The notes under the pieces are model-generated. The model searched no databases and was not told the DNA's origin. It worked only from the letters and a program-made list of their open reading frames with translations. A stretch of DNA of 64,000 bases from an uncultured Acidobacteriota bacterium (GTDB taxonomy: Bacteria > Acidobacteriota > UBA6911 > RPQK01 > JAPXNP01), in the NCBI GenBank assembly GCA_963777605.1, contig CAVZRV010000011.1, positions 448,001 through 512,000 of the forward strand, written 5' to 3'. This document shows positions 42,424 to 52,264 of this stretch, piece after piece (position 1 is the stretch's first letter; every line of letters begins with the position of its first letter). The position numbers and the translations under genes were made by a program.

Positions 42424-43269
42424 TCAAGGGTGTGAAGGTCTAATCTCGAATTTCCATTTAGGGAAAATTACGACTTGCTCCCCCTCAGCCGCCAACTGGA
42501 TGGAACCGGCTTCAAATCCATCCGGGGCGTGCACTATCCTGAGCTTACTCCTAACTTGCTCCGAAAGTGAAAGCAAATCTTTCTCGATTGTATGTCCACC
42601 GCCACTTTCACGGGTCGCTTCGTGGTAGATCACATCCGACTCCCAGAGCCAGGAACCGGCCATCCTATCAAATTCCGCCCGGGTGATCTTCCCCTCCCGA
42701 ACCAGTTCCTCGAGAAGATTCGGGCGGTAGCAGTGGTCCCCGCTGATTCCCACCACCGTTTCGTAGATCTTCAGTTTCAGGCCCAGAGTGGGAACGGGAT
42801 GCCAGTTGTGGCGGATGTCGACTTCAACGTTGGGAAGAACCTCTGTCGGCACGGTCTCACCGAGAGGGTGAAAATCGACGTAGTCCTCCAGCGAGCCCTT
42901 CACAAGCTGTCTCAGGTCCGGCGTAAAACTGTCTTTGAACGAGCCAAAGAAGCCCTCCCTCATCGAAGTCATCACCCGTTCGGAAGTGAAGAGACGAGTC
43001 TTGCGGCCCAACCGGTATCTGCGGTAGAGAAGGAGCGCCTCCATACCGGCGGCATGGTCGGCATGGATGTGGGTCAGAATCACGTTTTCAATCGACTCGG
43101 GAGATACTGCCCGCTCCTGGAGGATTCGAAACAGCCCCGGAGGACCGTCGATCAGCAGTCTCCCATTCCCGGAAGTCAGCAGGAAGCTCGTGTTGTAGTG
43201 GATGAAGCTGAACGCATCACCCACTCCCAAAACCTCAAATGTCACCGGGTCAGCCAACTCCATCAACAT
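42424..43269 (-). CDS. MBL-fold metallo-hydrolase
   Basis: LGVGDAF, LIDGP, THIHADH, HPVPT, SGD, YHE, GGHT. Confidence 0.85.
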   Translation of the reverse strand: MLMELADPVTFEVLGVGDAFSFIHYNTSFLLTSGNGRLLIDGPPGLFRILQERAVSPESIENVILTHIHADHAAGMEALLLYRRYRLGRKTRLFTSERVMTSMREGFFGSFKDSFTPDLRQLVKGSLEDYVDFHPLGETVPTEVLPNVEVDIRHNWHPVPTLGLKLKIYETVVGISGDHCYRPNLLEELVREGKITRAEFDRMAGSWLWESDVIYHEATRESGGGHTIEKDLLSLSEQVRSKLRIVHAPDGFEAGSIQLAAEGEQVVIFPKWKFEIRPSHP

Positions 43270-43470
43270 CGTCTCCCTTACGTCGTTTCAACAATCTTGT
43301 CCGGGCGACCCGCCAAGGCCTTCGCTCAAGTCGCGGTCGGCTCTTTTACTTCACTATTCCAAACAGGTACGACTCCTCGCTGGAAAAGGCGTAACAGACT
43401 ATCATGATCCCCCGCGCAAGCCCGCTCCAGGCGCGGCTTGGGAGAGATCCCGCGTGCTATACTTTGGGGG

Positions 43471-44070
43471 ATGGATCGAGCGATTTTGGATCCCGAAGCC
43501 GTTGTAAAATCGACCCTTCCAACGCGCTATGGGGTATTTTCAATATACGGTTTCGAGAACTTGCAGAACGGGGAGGAATCGGTTGCCCTGGTCAACGGGG
43601 AACCCCCTATTGACGATTCCCCTCTGGTCCGCATCCACTCGCAGTGTTTTACCGGAGACACGCTGCACTCGTTGCGCTGCGACTGCGGCGACCAACTCGA
43701 GCATGCGCTCAAAGCAATTGGAAGAGCCAACCAGGGAGTCCTCATCTACCAGATGCAGGAAGGGCGTGGCATCGGGTTAATCAACAAGCTGAGGGCCTAC
43801 GAACTTCAGGATCAGGGTGTTGATACCGTTGACGCCAACCTGCAACTCGGATTCGACGTTGACTTGCGCGACTACCATTTCGGGGCCGAGATTCTGAAGT
43901 ACCTGGGAGCACTCCGCATCCGGTTCATGTCCAACAACCCGGAGAAGTTGAGGGCGCTGGAAGAGGCTGGAATCGAGATCCTGGAACGGGTCCCGCTGAT
44001 CATCCCGTCGTCCCCCTTGAGTGACCGTTACCTGCGCACCAAAAAAGAGCGCATGGGCCACCTCCTCTGA
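43471..44070 (+). CDS. ribA: GTP cyclohydrolase II
   Basis: VRIHSQCFTGD, SLRCDCGDQL, QEGRGIGL, SNNPEK, KKERMGHLL. Confidence 0.97.
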   Translation: MDRAILDPEAVVKSTLPTRYGVFSIYGFENLQNGEESVALVNGEPPIDDSPLVRIHSQCFTGDTLHSLRCDCGDQLEHALKAIGRANQGVLIYQMQEGRGIGLINKLRAYELQDQGVDTVDANLQLGFDVDLRDYHFGAEILKYLGALRIRFMSNNPEKLRALEEAGIEILERVPLIIPSSPLSDRYLRTKKERMGHLL

Positions 44071-44135
44071 TCCAGGTCAACCCCACTCCTGAGGCCTCCG
44101 CGGATCATTCAGAGAGTGAAACTTGCCACGGGTGT

Positions 44136-44222
44136 TTTGAACCGCAAAGACGCGAAGGCGCTAAGAAATCCCTTGTTTTCAACATAATCCCCTTCGCGAA
44201 CTTGGCGTCTTGGCGTTTCAAT
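44136..44222 (-). repeat. Dispersed ~90-bp imperfect palindrome with 9-mer arms (copy 2)
   Basis: AACCGCAAAGACGCGAAGGCGCTAAGA...CTTCGCGAACTTGGCGTCTTGGCGTTT; homologous to 9952-10042. Confidence 0.65.
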
Positions 44223-44258
44223 TTCGTGGTCGGCGACGGCTCCTTTCGGAACGAAAAT

Positions 44259-44316
44259 CGCCGGGCAGGCTGCCCGGGCGACCTCTCAGGCAAGGCTGCC
44301 TGGATTACACTGCACC
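44259..44316 (-). repeat. 58-bp dispersed double-hairpin repeat (copy 2)
   Basis: Reverse complement matches 24559-24616 at 52/58. Confidence 0.8.
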
Positions 44317-44369
44317 CGAACCCGCCCGTTCATCCATTTCTTCCAATCTATCCAAATTGAAGGTTCAGG

Positions 44370-44807
44370 TTAGATGCCCTTGCTTCCGAGGATCGCCTCT
44401 ACCCGGCCGCGAAACTGATCGGGGGGCACGAATCCTGCGATCCGGTTCAATTCCCGCCCGCTCGGATCAAGAAAGAGAATCGTCGGGAAACCGTTGATTC
44501 CGAAACGACGCTGCATTTCGATCCCCTGGGCATCGGTTTCAGCGTTGAGACGCAGCCAAACGAACTTCCTGCCCAGTTCATCGATGACGCCGGCGTCAGA
44601 AAAGGTCTTGCCGTCCATCTGCTTGCAGTAGGTACACCAGTCCGTGTAGAGAAACACCAGCACAGGCTTGCTCTCGCTGCGCGCCTGCTCCAGCGCGGTA
44701 CCACTGTCCCGGTTCCACTCAGGCGCGGCCGTGCGACTCCGAGTGAAAGGCAGAATCGCCACGGCCAACAGAACGAATCCAAAGAAAAAGAGAAACTTAC
44801 TTTTCAT
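44370..44807 (-). CDS. Exported thioredoxin-family protein
   Basis: N-terminal TM/signal, WCTYC, GFPT cis-Pro loop. Confidence 0.9.
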   Translation of the reverse strand: MKSKFLFFFGFVLLAVAILPFTRSRTAAPEWNRDSGTALEQARSESKPVLVFLYTDWCTYCKQMDGKTFSDAGVIDELGRKFVWLRLNAETDAQGIEMQRRFGINGFPTILFLDPSGRELNRIAGFVPPDQFRGRVEAILGSKGI

Positions 44808-45369
44808 TGTTGCCTGCCAGCAAGTCGTCCGCGGTGCCGAACCGGCGATCGCTCCCCGGGGACCTCAGTTCAAAATGTTGAGAATCGAGCGCCTTGTAGG
44901 AGAAGTCACTGCTCCAGGCGTCGATCCGGATCACCCGGTCCAGGTAGCGCGGGTTGAGCACGTCGATCAACTTGTCGAAGTTCTTGACCTGCGGGATCTT
45001 CCCATGGGCCGATCGGTATTCGGCAATGCCCTGGGATATCGCGTTGAGGCTCTTTTCGGTGTCACGAGTCCGAGCCGCCTCCAGGGCGGCCACAATTCGG
45101 TCTACGCTTTCCCATCGCCGATCGTCGAGCCGGACCTCGTCCAGAACCCACTTCGAACCCTCCCGCCGAAGCTTCATCGCCGTTTTGACGGTCACATCAG
45201 CCACGGCGTAGTCCCCCTGATGCCTGACGTTGGAGACAGTGATGTCACCCTTCTTCCAATCGGCTCCGGCCAGGGTTCTCACCTGGTTCCGGGTCTGCTT
45301 CTCGAGCGATTTTCCACATCCACACGTAAATAGACAAAGAAGGAGGATTACAGCGCGTGAGGGCGTCAC
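44797..45369 (-). CDS. Putative lipoprotein with GspG-like C-terminal domain
   Basis: Hydrophobic signal ending CLFTCGC; C-terminus IDAWSSDFSY...FELRSPGSDRRFGTADDL resembles the T2SSG domain; GTG start at 45369. Confidence 0.6.
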   Translation of the reverse strand: MTPSRAVILLLCLFTCGCGKSLEKQTRNQVRTLAGADWKKGDITVSNVRHQGDYAVADVTVKTAMKLRREGSKWVLDEVRLDDRRWESVDRIVAALEAARTRDTEKSLNAISQGIAEYRSAHGKIPQVKNFDKLIDVLNPRYLDRVIRIDAWSSDFSYKALDSQHFELRSPGSDRRFGTADDLLAGNNEK

Positions 45370-45483
45370 GGAGGTCAATATAGCACAGGGGGCTCGCCAC
45401 GGTCCGCCCTCATTCGATCTGCCGAGGCCAACCGGGAACCACGAGCTTGACTCCAGGCCTTGGGGATAACGAGGATAGGAGAA

Positions 45484-47607
45484 ATGCCGGTGACGTTGGA
45501 CAGCGAGGTTCAGTATCTCAAGGGAGTCGGTCCACAGCGGGCGAAAATCCTCGCCAAGGCGGGCATCAAGACGGCCGGCGACCTGCTCCGCTACGTCCCC
45601 ATGCGTTACGAAGACCGGACGCGCTTCATGCAGATCAAGGATCTCCGGCAGGACCAGGCAGCAGTCATCGAAGCCACCGTCCTGGTTTCCGGGGACTACT
45701 CGACCCGTAGAAGAGATTTCAAGATCTTCGAGTTGATCGTCCGTGACCAATCCGGCTCAATCTCCGTCAAGTTTTTCAACCAGACATACCTGGCACGGGT
45801 TTTCGAACAGGGACAGAAGGTGATTTTCTTCGGCATCCCCACTTTCGATCGATACTCGCAGACGCTGGTTCTGCTGAACCCCGACTTCGAAATTGCCGGC
45901 AGCGAACAGGACGAAGCGATCCACACTGGAAGAATCGTACCCATCTACCGGCGCATCGAGAAGCTGACGACCCGGGTCATCCGCCAGATCATCTTTCAGC
46001 TGCTGGCAAACCTCCCCGAGGAACTGCCGGACCCGCTGCCCGATTCGATCAAGAAACGCAGAAACCTGCCCGGGCTTGCGGAGACTTTGCGGCAGGTTCA
46101 CTTTCCCGGTCCCGGCGAAGGGACAACGGTTGGAGCGCTGATTACGGAGCTCGATTGCCACGCAACCCGCCACTTTCAGAGACTGATCCTGGAGGAGTTC
46201 TTCTTTTTCCAACTGGGAATTCTCGCCCTCCAGGCACAGCGGGAGGAGACCAGGAAGAGCCATCACATCGTGGTAGACGAGGGTATCAGGAACCGGCTCC
46301 GGTCGATCCTTCCCTTCCCCCTGACCCAGGCTCAACGACGCGTATTGCGTGAAGTCGCCGACGACCTCATGTCATCCCGTCCGATGAATCGGCTGCTCCA
46401 GGGTGACGTGGGCTCGGGGAAGACGATTGTTGCCCTGCTTTCGATGGCCCTGGTCATTGAAAACGGCTGCCAGACCTGCCTCATGGCCCCCACTGAACTT
46501 CTTGCCGAACAGCACCATCGGGGAATTTCCTCGTTCACTTCCGGCTTGCCCTATCGGATTGAGCTCCTGACCTCGAGCATTAAGGGAAGACAGAGAAAAG
46601 AGATCCTCGGACGGCTCAAGGCCGGAGAGGTCGATCTATTGATCGGAACGCACGCGCTCATCGAGCAGGGCGTCGAGTTCAGTAACCTGGCTTTCGTGGT
46701 GATTGACGAACAGCACCGCTTCGGTGTTCTGCAGAGGTCCCGCCTCATGGAAAAAGGGATCCGCCCGGACACCCTCGTGATGACCGCTACCCCGATTCCG
46801 CGCAGCCTGGCATTGACCGTCTACGGCGATCTCCGGGTTTCGGTCCTGGACCAGCTGCCGCCGGGGCGAAGGCCCGTCAAGACCGTCATCAAGGCGGAGC
46901 AGAGCCGTGAAGAGGTTTACGAACTGATTCGAAGATCGGTCGAACAGGGACGACAGGTCTTCATCGTCTACCCGCTTGTCGAGAAATCGGAGAAGTCTGA
47001 TTTGAAGGCAGCCACCGCGATGTCAGAAACCCTCTCCCGAGAAGTGTTCCCCGACTTCGGGATCGGCCTGATGCACGGCCGGCTCAAGAGCGCGGAGAAG
47101 GACGAGTTGATGGCTGAGTTTCTCACCGGCAAGCTCAAAATCCTGGTTTCCACTACGGTGATCGAAGTGGGCATCGACGTCCCCAATGCGAGCCTGATGG
47201 TGATCGAGCATGCGGAACGATTTGGGCTGTCCCAGTTGCACCAGTTGCGGGGCCGTATCGGCCGCGGGAGCCACGACAGCATCTGTGTATTGATGGTCGA
47301 TCGCGTCTCCACGCCGGAAGCGTACGAAAGGCTGCAGGTCATGCGGCGGACCAGCGACGGTTTCGAGATTGCCGAGAAAGACCTGGAGATCCGGGGTCCT
47401 GGAGAATTCGTCGGGACCAGGCAGTCGGGGGTCCCGGAGTTCTTCTTTGGGGACATCCTCCGCGACAGAAAACTGCTGGAACTGGCTCGCCAGGAAGCCG
47501 ATCTCTACCTTCGAAACCAGCTGGAGTCCTCGCGAAATCCCGGGGGGACTCTGCAGCAGATGCTTGACGCCTGGCGCGAGCGGTACCATCTGGCTGAGGT
47601 AGGGTAG
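45484..47607 (+). CDS. recG: ATP-dependent DNA helicase RecG
   Basis: LKGVGP, QGDVGSGKT, DEQHRFGV, MTATPIPR, HQLRGRIGRG, RGPGE. Confidence 0.98.
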   Translation: MPVTLDSEVQYLKGVGPQRAKILAKAGIKTAGDLLRYVPMRYEDRTRFMQIKDLRQDQAAVIEATVLVSGDYSTRRRDFKIFELIVRDQSGSISVKFFNQTYLARVFEQGQKVIFFGIPTFDRYSQTLVLLNPDFEIAGSEQDEAIHTGRIVPIYRRIEKLTTRVIRQIIFQLLANLPEELPDPLPDSIKKRRNLPGLAETLRQVHFPGPGEGTTVGALITELDCHATRHFQRLILEEFFFFQLGILALQAQREETRKSHHIVVDEGIRNRLRSILPFPLTQAQRRVLREVADDLMSSRPMNRLLQGDVGSGKTIVALLSMALVIENGCQTCLMAPTELLAEQHHRGISSFTSGLPYRIELLTSSIKGRQRKEILGRLKAGEVDLLIGTHALIEQGVEFSNLAFVVIDEQHRFGVLQRSRLMEKGIRPDTLVMTATPIPRSLALTVYGDLRVSVLDQLPPGRRPVKTVIKAEQSREEVYELIRRSVEQGRQVFIVYPLVEKSEKSDLKAATAMSETLSREVFPDFGIGLMHGRLKSAEKDELMAEFLTGKLKILVSTTVIEVGIDVPNASLMVIEHAERFGLSQLHQLRGRIGRGSHDSICVLMVDRVSTPEAYERLQVMRRTSDGFEIAEKDLEIRGPGEFVGTRQSGVPEFFFGDILRDRKLLELARQEADLYLRNQLESSRNPGGTLQQMLDAWRERYHLAEVG

Positions 47608-47643
47608 GAAGAAGATGGTCAATCAATCTGGGAGGACGCGAAC

Positions 47644-48261
47644 ATGAGAGTCATCGCCGGCAGGCTGCGCGGACGCCGTCTCAGCGGCGTTCCAAAAGGG
47701 ACGAGGCCGACCACGGATCGCTTGCGCGAGAGCCTTTTCGCCTCTCTCGAAGGCCGTTTGAACGGATCAGCGTGGCTGGACCTCTTTGCGGGTACGGGTG
47801 CGATAGGAATCGAAGCACTCAGCAGGGGAGCCGAGAAAGTCATCTTCAACGAACGCGACCGCGCGTCGGCCCGCGCGATCCGAAAAAATCTGACGACGCT
47901 GGAAATCGACCGCGGCTGGGAGTTGCACGAACTGGACGCCTTCGCGTTTCTGAAGCGGTTTCCGGCCGAGACCCCGCTTGACTTCATTTTTCTCGATCCC
48001 CCCTACGCCTATCCCCTCTACGCGAAACTGCTCAAACGCCTTGAGCGCTGGCCCGGATTCGGGGCTGAAACAATTCTGATCCTCGAGATTTTCAAGAAAC
48101 AGCCCCTCGACTTCATCCCCGCAGGGATGGTCCTTACTCGTAGACTCAACGCCGGTGACGGCGTGCTCCTGTTGCTGCAGCTCGCTCCGGAGCAAGATTC
48201 AGGCGATCTCGATCGAAATCAGCCCGCCGACCGAGTGCATTCGCCCCGTCGGAGCGACTGA
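47644..48261 (+). CDS. rsmD: 16S rRNA (guanine966-N2)-methyltransferase
   Basis: MRVIAG, RPTTDRLRESLF, LDLFAGTGAIGIEALSRGA, FLDPPY. Confidence 0.93.
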   Translation: MRVIAGRLRGRRLSGVPKGTRPTTDRLRESLFASLEGRLNGSAWLDLFAGTGAIGIEALSRGAEKVIFNERDRASARAIRKNLTTLEIDRGWELHELDAFAFLKRFPAETPLDFIFLDPPYAYPLYAKLLKRLERWPGFGAETILILEIFKKQPLDFIPAGMVLTRRLNAGDGVLLLLQLAPEQDSGDLDRNQPADRVHSPRRSD

Positions 48262-50788
48262 GAGGGGACCGGGAGGCACGTTCGTTCAGGCACCTGAGAA
48301 CCCGCGTCCCGCCCCAAATCAGGCCCGCCAGAATCGCCGAAAGCAACAACAGACTTTGAAGAGGCTTCGAACTTTTTGGCTGGGGGGTTCCTGACAGCGT
48401 CCGCTGGGGCCACCCGACGTAGGTTATCCCTGCCCAGAAGAATGGGTGCCGCAGGGCCGGGTCCCGCCCGGCATCCTCCAGGAATCGGTTCCGGGCATCG
48501 GCCAGGGCCTTGGAAATCGGCTCTCCTCGACCGGCCCGAGCATACAGATCGAGGAAGATGGGAATCGAGCGCTCATCGAGCTGCCAGCGCGAAACCACCA
48601 GAGACTGGGCGCCCCGCGCCAGGAGCAGCTCCGAGATCCCCAGCCAGTAGGGAGGCCCGGCCGCTCCCGTTCCGGCACCCTCGCATGCCGCCAGGGAGAG
48701 CAGTTCGGTTTCGATCGGCTCCTGCAAGAGGTCGACGACCCTCATTCCTCCGAGGGACGAGAGTTGCCAGAACCGTTCATCAGGGTCCAGGTGAGTGCCC
48801 AAGTGGATCCAATGGGCTTTCCTCGGCCCGGCCCATTCTTCGAATCCCCGGATAATCCTGGGCCGGGGATCCAGGCTTCGAAAGAACTCCAGCTCCAGAT
48901 TCTCGCCGGAACGACCGCTCAGTTCTCCTGAGAGCAGCGCGAGGGGCGCCTCCCTTACCGGGAACTCTCGAGAGAAGGCCGGGTCAGCTGCGGGCAGGTA
49001 TGCCGTGATGAATCGTTTGCCCAGGAGCGTCCCATCCCCCATCGTCAGCATCTCGAAGGGGACCCGCTCCAGTTCCCCGTGAGGAACGATCAGCAGGCGC
49101 GAAACCCGAAGCAAATCTTCGACGGGATGAACGAGGATAGTGGAAAGCTCGCGTAATATCTCCGGAGGAGGTGGCTGAGGTAAGTAGCGATCAGCCCGCT
49201 GCAGAGGGCGGACAACCGCGGACACCAGCCGGTCCAGGCTTTCGGTCGCGCAAACCGTGAAGAACCGGCTCCCGGACACTCGATCAAGCCAGATGTATGC
49301 CCTGTCTCCATCAGGCCAGAATTCGAGCAGAGCCGTATCCGGGAGGACCGGAATCGAGGGCCCCTGAGCCAGCTCCATCTCGGGGAGCTCCAGCGAAGAC
49401 CAGCGTAATGCCTCGATCGTGGCTCCGGTTTCCCCTGCCCCGGAGCGGGACGGAAGGCCTTCTTTTTGAAGGGTGTCGAGCAAATGGAGAACCTTGAGCC
49501 GGCGCAGGCGGGCGTCGCGGTGAATAAGTCGGCGCGCCGCCGCGCTGCGCCCTTGCCGGACCAGGCTTCGGACCCAGCCGTCAAGGAGTGGTGAATACGC
49601 CCGTCGAAAGGGAAAGGTTGCGTCCAGGTTGAGCAGCATTTCGGCGCGTTCGAGCTGGGTGCTGTACAGGCATTCGGCTTCATGCCACTTCTCCCGTGAT
49701 TCGAGTACCTGGGCAAGCCGAATCGTTGCCTTCCGTTCGTAAAGCGGCAACCCACCTTCTCTTGCCGTCTCCAGTGCCTTCACGAGGAGTTTTTCCGCCA
49801 CGGCCGGTCGATTCAGCATCGTGTTCATCTGCGCCTCGAGAAAAAGGCGACGGATTGTGTACGAGGGCTCGCTGTCGCCTAACTCGACCAGCCCGGCGGG
49901 ATTGCCGGTAATTTCTGCCTCGGTGAGCAGGAACTCACCAGGGTCAACCATCCGGTAGTTACGGCTCAGCTCAAGGAACCGGCGGGCTCCGGGCCGGTCA
50001 CCGGTGCGGTGCAGAAACCCGGCGAAGTTGAGCAGAAGAACTCCTCTCACTTCTTTGGCCGTGTCATTGCGAAGCAAAGCCAGGGATTCGAGGTAGCACG
50101 ACAGCGCTCGGTCGTTGACTCCCAACTCCTCGTAGAGAGCGGCCAGGTTATTCCAGGCAGCCAGGATCCCCTCACGGCAGGAAATCCGCAACCAGATTTC
50201 CAATGCGGCTCCGAAGGCCACGATGCTTTCTGCGAGGCGGTCCAGGTACCAGAGAGAAAAGCCACGACTCTGGTGCAAAAGAGCAGTGAGATAGAGAAAC
50301 GGTTCGCCATCCAGCTCCTGAAGAGCGGTTTCTGCCTTTCCGAGGCTCTCGTGATGCCGACTCTGTTCAGAGAGGATCTCAGCCTGGAAGTAGCTGCAGA
50401 AGCCTCGCTCCGTCAGGCCCTCAACGGGTGGAAGCCGATTCCGGGCACGGCCGTACAGAATCAGGGCCCTGTCTCGATCCTGCTCGTCCCAGGCCCGAAG
50501 GGCCTCCTGCTGCAGGTGCATTGCCTCGAGAATCATGGTGTCCGATGATTTCAGCGTCGAAAAGGAGAAATCGCCTGTCTCCCGCTCAAGGGGAAGAATC
50601 AGGGACGCAACCCGATCTCCCTGCAGGAAGCGCCGCTTCAGAAAGTGGTGGGCCTCTCGCGGAGAGCGTCGGTATAGTCCGACTGCCACACCATCGGAAC
50701 GGACCGTACCGCCTGAAAGAGTCACGACTTCGGCTACCAGGAAAACAACCACCGCCGCCGACACCGAGACCTGGACCGCCACCCTCAT
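48146..50788 (-). CDS. TPR + CHAT (caspase-like) domain protein with N- and C-terminal hydrophobic segments
   Basis: TPR helices (AWNNLAALYEELG...ALSCYLESL); CHAT motifs LLIVPHGELERVPFEML, IHLGTH, LSLAACE, GAQSLVVSRWQLD, ALADAR, HPFFWAG; ATGA overlap with the upstream gene. Confidence 0.85.
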   Translation of the reverse strand: MRVAVQVSVSAAVVVFLVAEVVTLSGGTVRSDGVAVGLYRRSPREAHHFLKRRFLQGDRVASLILPLERETGDFSFSTLKSSDTMILEAMHLQQEALRAWDEQDRDRALILYGRARNRLPPVEGLTERGFCSYFQAEILSEQSRHHESLGKAETALQELDGEPFLYLTALLHQSRGFSLWYLDRLAESIVAFGAALEIWLRISCREGILAAWNNLAALYEELGVNDRALSCYLESLALLRNDTAKEVRGVLLLNFAGFLHRTGDRPGARRFLELSRNYRMVDPGEFLLTEAEITGNPAGLVELGDSEPSYTIRRLFLEAQMNTMLNRPAVAEKLLVKALETAREGGLPLYERKATIRLAQVLESREKWHEAECLYSTQLERAEMLLNLDATFPFRRAYSPLLDGWVRSLVRQGRSAAARRLIHRDARLRRLKVLHLLDTLQKEGLPSRSGAGETGATIEALRWSSLELPEMELAQGPSIPVLPDTALLEFWPDGDRAYIWLDRVSGSRFFTVCATESLDRLVSAVVRPLQRADRYLPQPPPPEILRELSTILVHPVEDLLRVSRLLIVPHGELERVPFEMLTMGDGTLLGKRFITAYLPAADPAFSREFPVREAPLALLSGELSGRSGENLELEFFRSLDPRPRIIRGFEEWAGPRKAHWIHLGTHLDPDERFWQLSSLGGMRVVDLLQEPIETELLSLAACEGAGTGAAGPPYWLGISELLLARGAQSLVVSRWQLDERSIPIFLDLYARAGRGEPISKALADARNRFLEDAGRDPALRHPFFWAGITYVGWPQRTLSGTPQPKSSKPLQSLLLLSAILAGLIWGGTRVLRCLNERASRSPLSRSDGANALGRRADFDRDRLNLAPERAAATGARRHRR

Positions 50789-51471
50789 GACCCCGCCTTG
50801 CGCAGGCGCTCGAGAATCCGGGCGGACTCGCTGGAAAACTCGCCTCCTCGCTCCCGGACCTCCTCGAAAGCGGTTTTGGCCTCGTCTATCCGGTTCAGCT
50901 TGAGATCGGCGTTGGCCAGATACCAGCGCGCCGGCTCCCGCCATCGCTCCGACAAGCGCTCCGCGGCGGCCAAGTGCTCCCGCGCCTCAGCCGGATCCCC
51001 CGACAGGTACAGGGAAACGCCCAGGTAGAACTCATTATCGGCTCCGAGAGGGAGCCTCCGCAGCAGTTGAGCGGCCGCTTCGAAGTGACCCGCCCGGTAC
51101 TCATCGTACGCCTTTTCCCGGGACTCAACGCGAGAAGGTCCTGGCCCGCCCCTGGTCACCAGCGGGACCAGGGGATAGGGCTGACTGGTGGCCATCATGG
51201 TGGCATCGTTCACGCCACCGACGGTCCCGATGATCCAGAATGCCAGCCCCCCTCCCAGCAGGGCGAGGGCCAACGCGGCTGCTGCCAGGTAGGCGGGCCG
51301 CAACCGCCCGGAAGGACGCAGAATTTCCGGCCGGGTCTCGAGCACGGCTATTACCACTGCCCTCTCCCGACAGGTCCGGCAGGCTTCCAGGTGCGACGTC
51401 ATCCTGGATGCGGCCTCTCGATCCAACTCTCCACGGATCAGTTCAAGCAAGGGGACTTCATCACACTTCAT
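50785..51471 (-). CDS. Zinc-binding (ZAS, zf-HC2) anti-sigma factor with TM and C-terminal TPR
   Basis: HLEACRTC (H-x3-C-x2-C), TM LAAAALALALLGGGLAFWII, TPR FYLGVSLY...ARWYLA. Confidence 0.85.
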   Translation of the reverse strand: MKCDEVPLLELIRGELDREAASRMTSHLEACRTCRERAVVIAVLETRPEILRPSGRLRPAYLAAAALALALLGGGLAFWIIGTVGGVNDATMMATSQPYPLVPLVTRGGPGPSRVESREKAYDEYRAGHFEAAAQLLRRLPLGADNEFYLGVSLYLSGDPAEAREHLAAAERLSERWREPARWYLANADLKLNRIDEAKTAFEEVRERGGEFSSESARILERLRKAGS

Positions 51472-52019
51472 GATTCGCCATCCTCGGAATCGAACCCTTC
51501 GACTCCTCTCGTCCTGAGATGTTGCCGGATACGGTCGATGCTTCGGAGCATTCTCCCGCGCAGGGTCGAATAGGCGACCCCCCGTTCGAGACAGGCCTGT
51601 TTCATCGTCCGACTCGACCCGCGGTCGAAGAAGACCGAGATCGCGTCCAGATCCTGGGCCGAGAGACCGTTCAGGGCCTTCCTGACTTCCGTGAGCAGAC
51701 GATCCTGCGCACAAGTTTCCTGTTTCTGCATCAGGAGACGAAGCGGGCTGTAACTCTCGTCGTCGGGCAGGACGTCCTCGGCGATCTCGTTGGTCTGGAC
51801 TCTCCGCTGTCGTCTCAGCCGCCGGTAGCAATCAATAGCTGTGTTCAGAACGGTGATTCGGATGTAGTGGAAGGCCTCGGCCTTCGTTCTGAACTTCCGG
51901 TCCCGGCGCAGCAGACGGGCAAAAGCCTCCTGCAGTACGTCATCGGTATGTTCGGGATAGTGCACAACCGACGCCGCAACGGCACGGAACACGGGTTCGT
52001 TCTCCTCCCAGATTTGCAT
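51468..52019 (-). CDS. ECF RNA polymerase sigma factor (divergent)
   Basis: DDVLQEAFARL, YIRITVLNTAIDCYRR, region 4 ALNGLS...GVAYSTLRGRMLR; start uncertain (52019 or 52031). Confidence 0.85.
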   Translation of the reverse strand: MQIWEENEPVFRAVAASVVHYPEHTDDVLQEAFARLLRRDRKFRTKAEAFHYIRITVLNTAIDCYRRLRRQRRVQTNEIAEDVLPDDESYSPLRLLMQKQETCAQDRLLTEVRKALNGLSAQDLDAISVFFDRGSSRTMKQACLERGVAYSTLRGRMLRSIDRIRQHLRTRGVEGFDSEDGES

Positions 52020-52264
52020 GAGTAGCGACACGGGCCGTTCGCAGAAACAGGGACGAGGAACGTTATAGAGGTCAGAAGCACCGACAGGGGAATCGACGGT
52101 GTCAATCTTAGGAGGTACCGGCAATGGTGTCAAGATCTCAGCACTTTCAACGCGAACAGAACCGCTTTTCAATCTTCCTGTCGCAGGTTCGCCGGCTCTT
52201 GCCCCGCCGTCGTTATGAGTCTTTGCTGACCATGCGCCGGGCCAGTGACCACGACACGGAAAAT

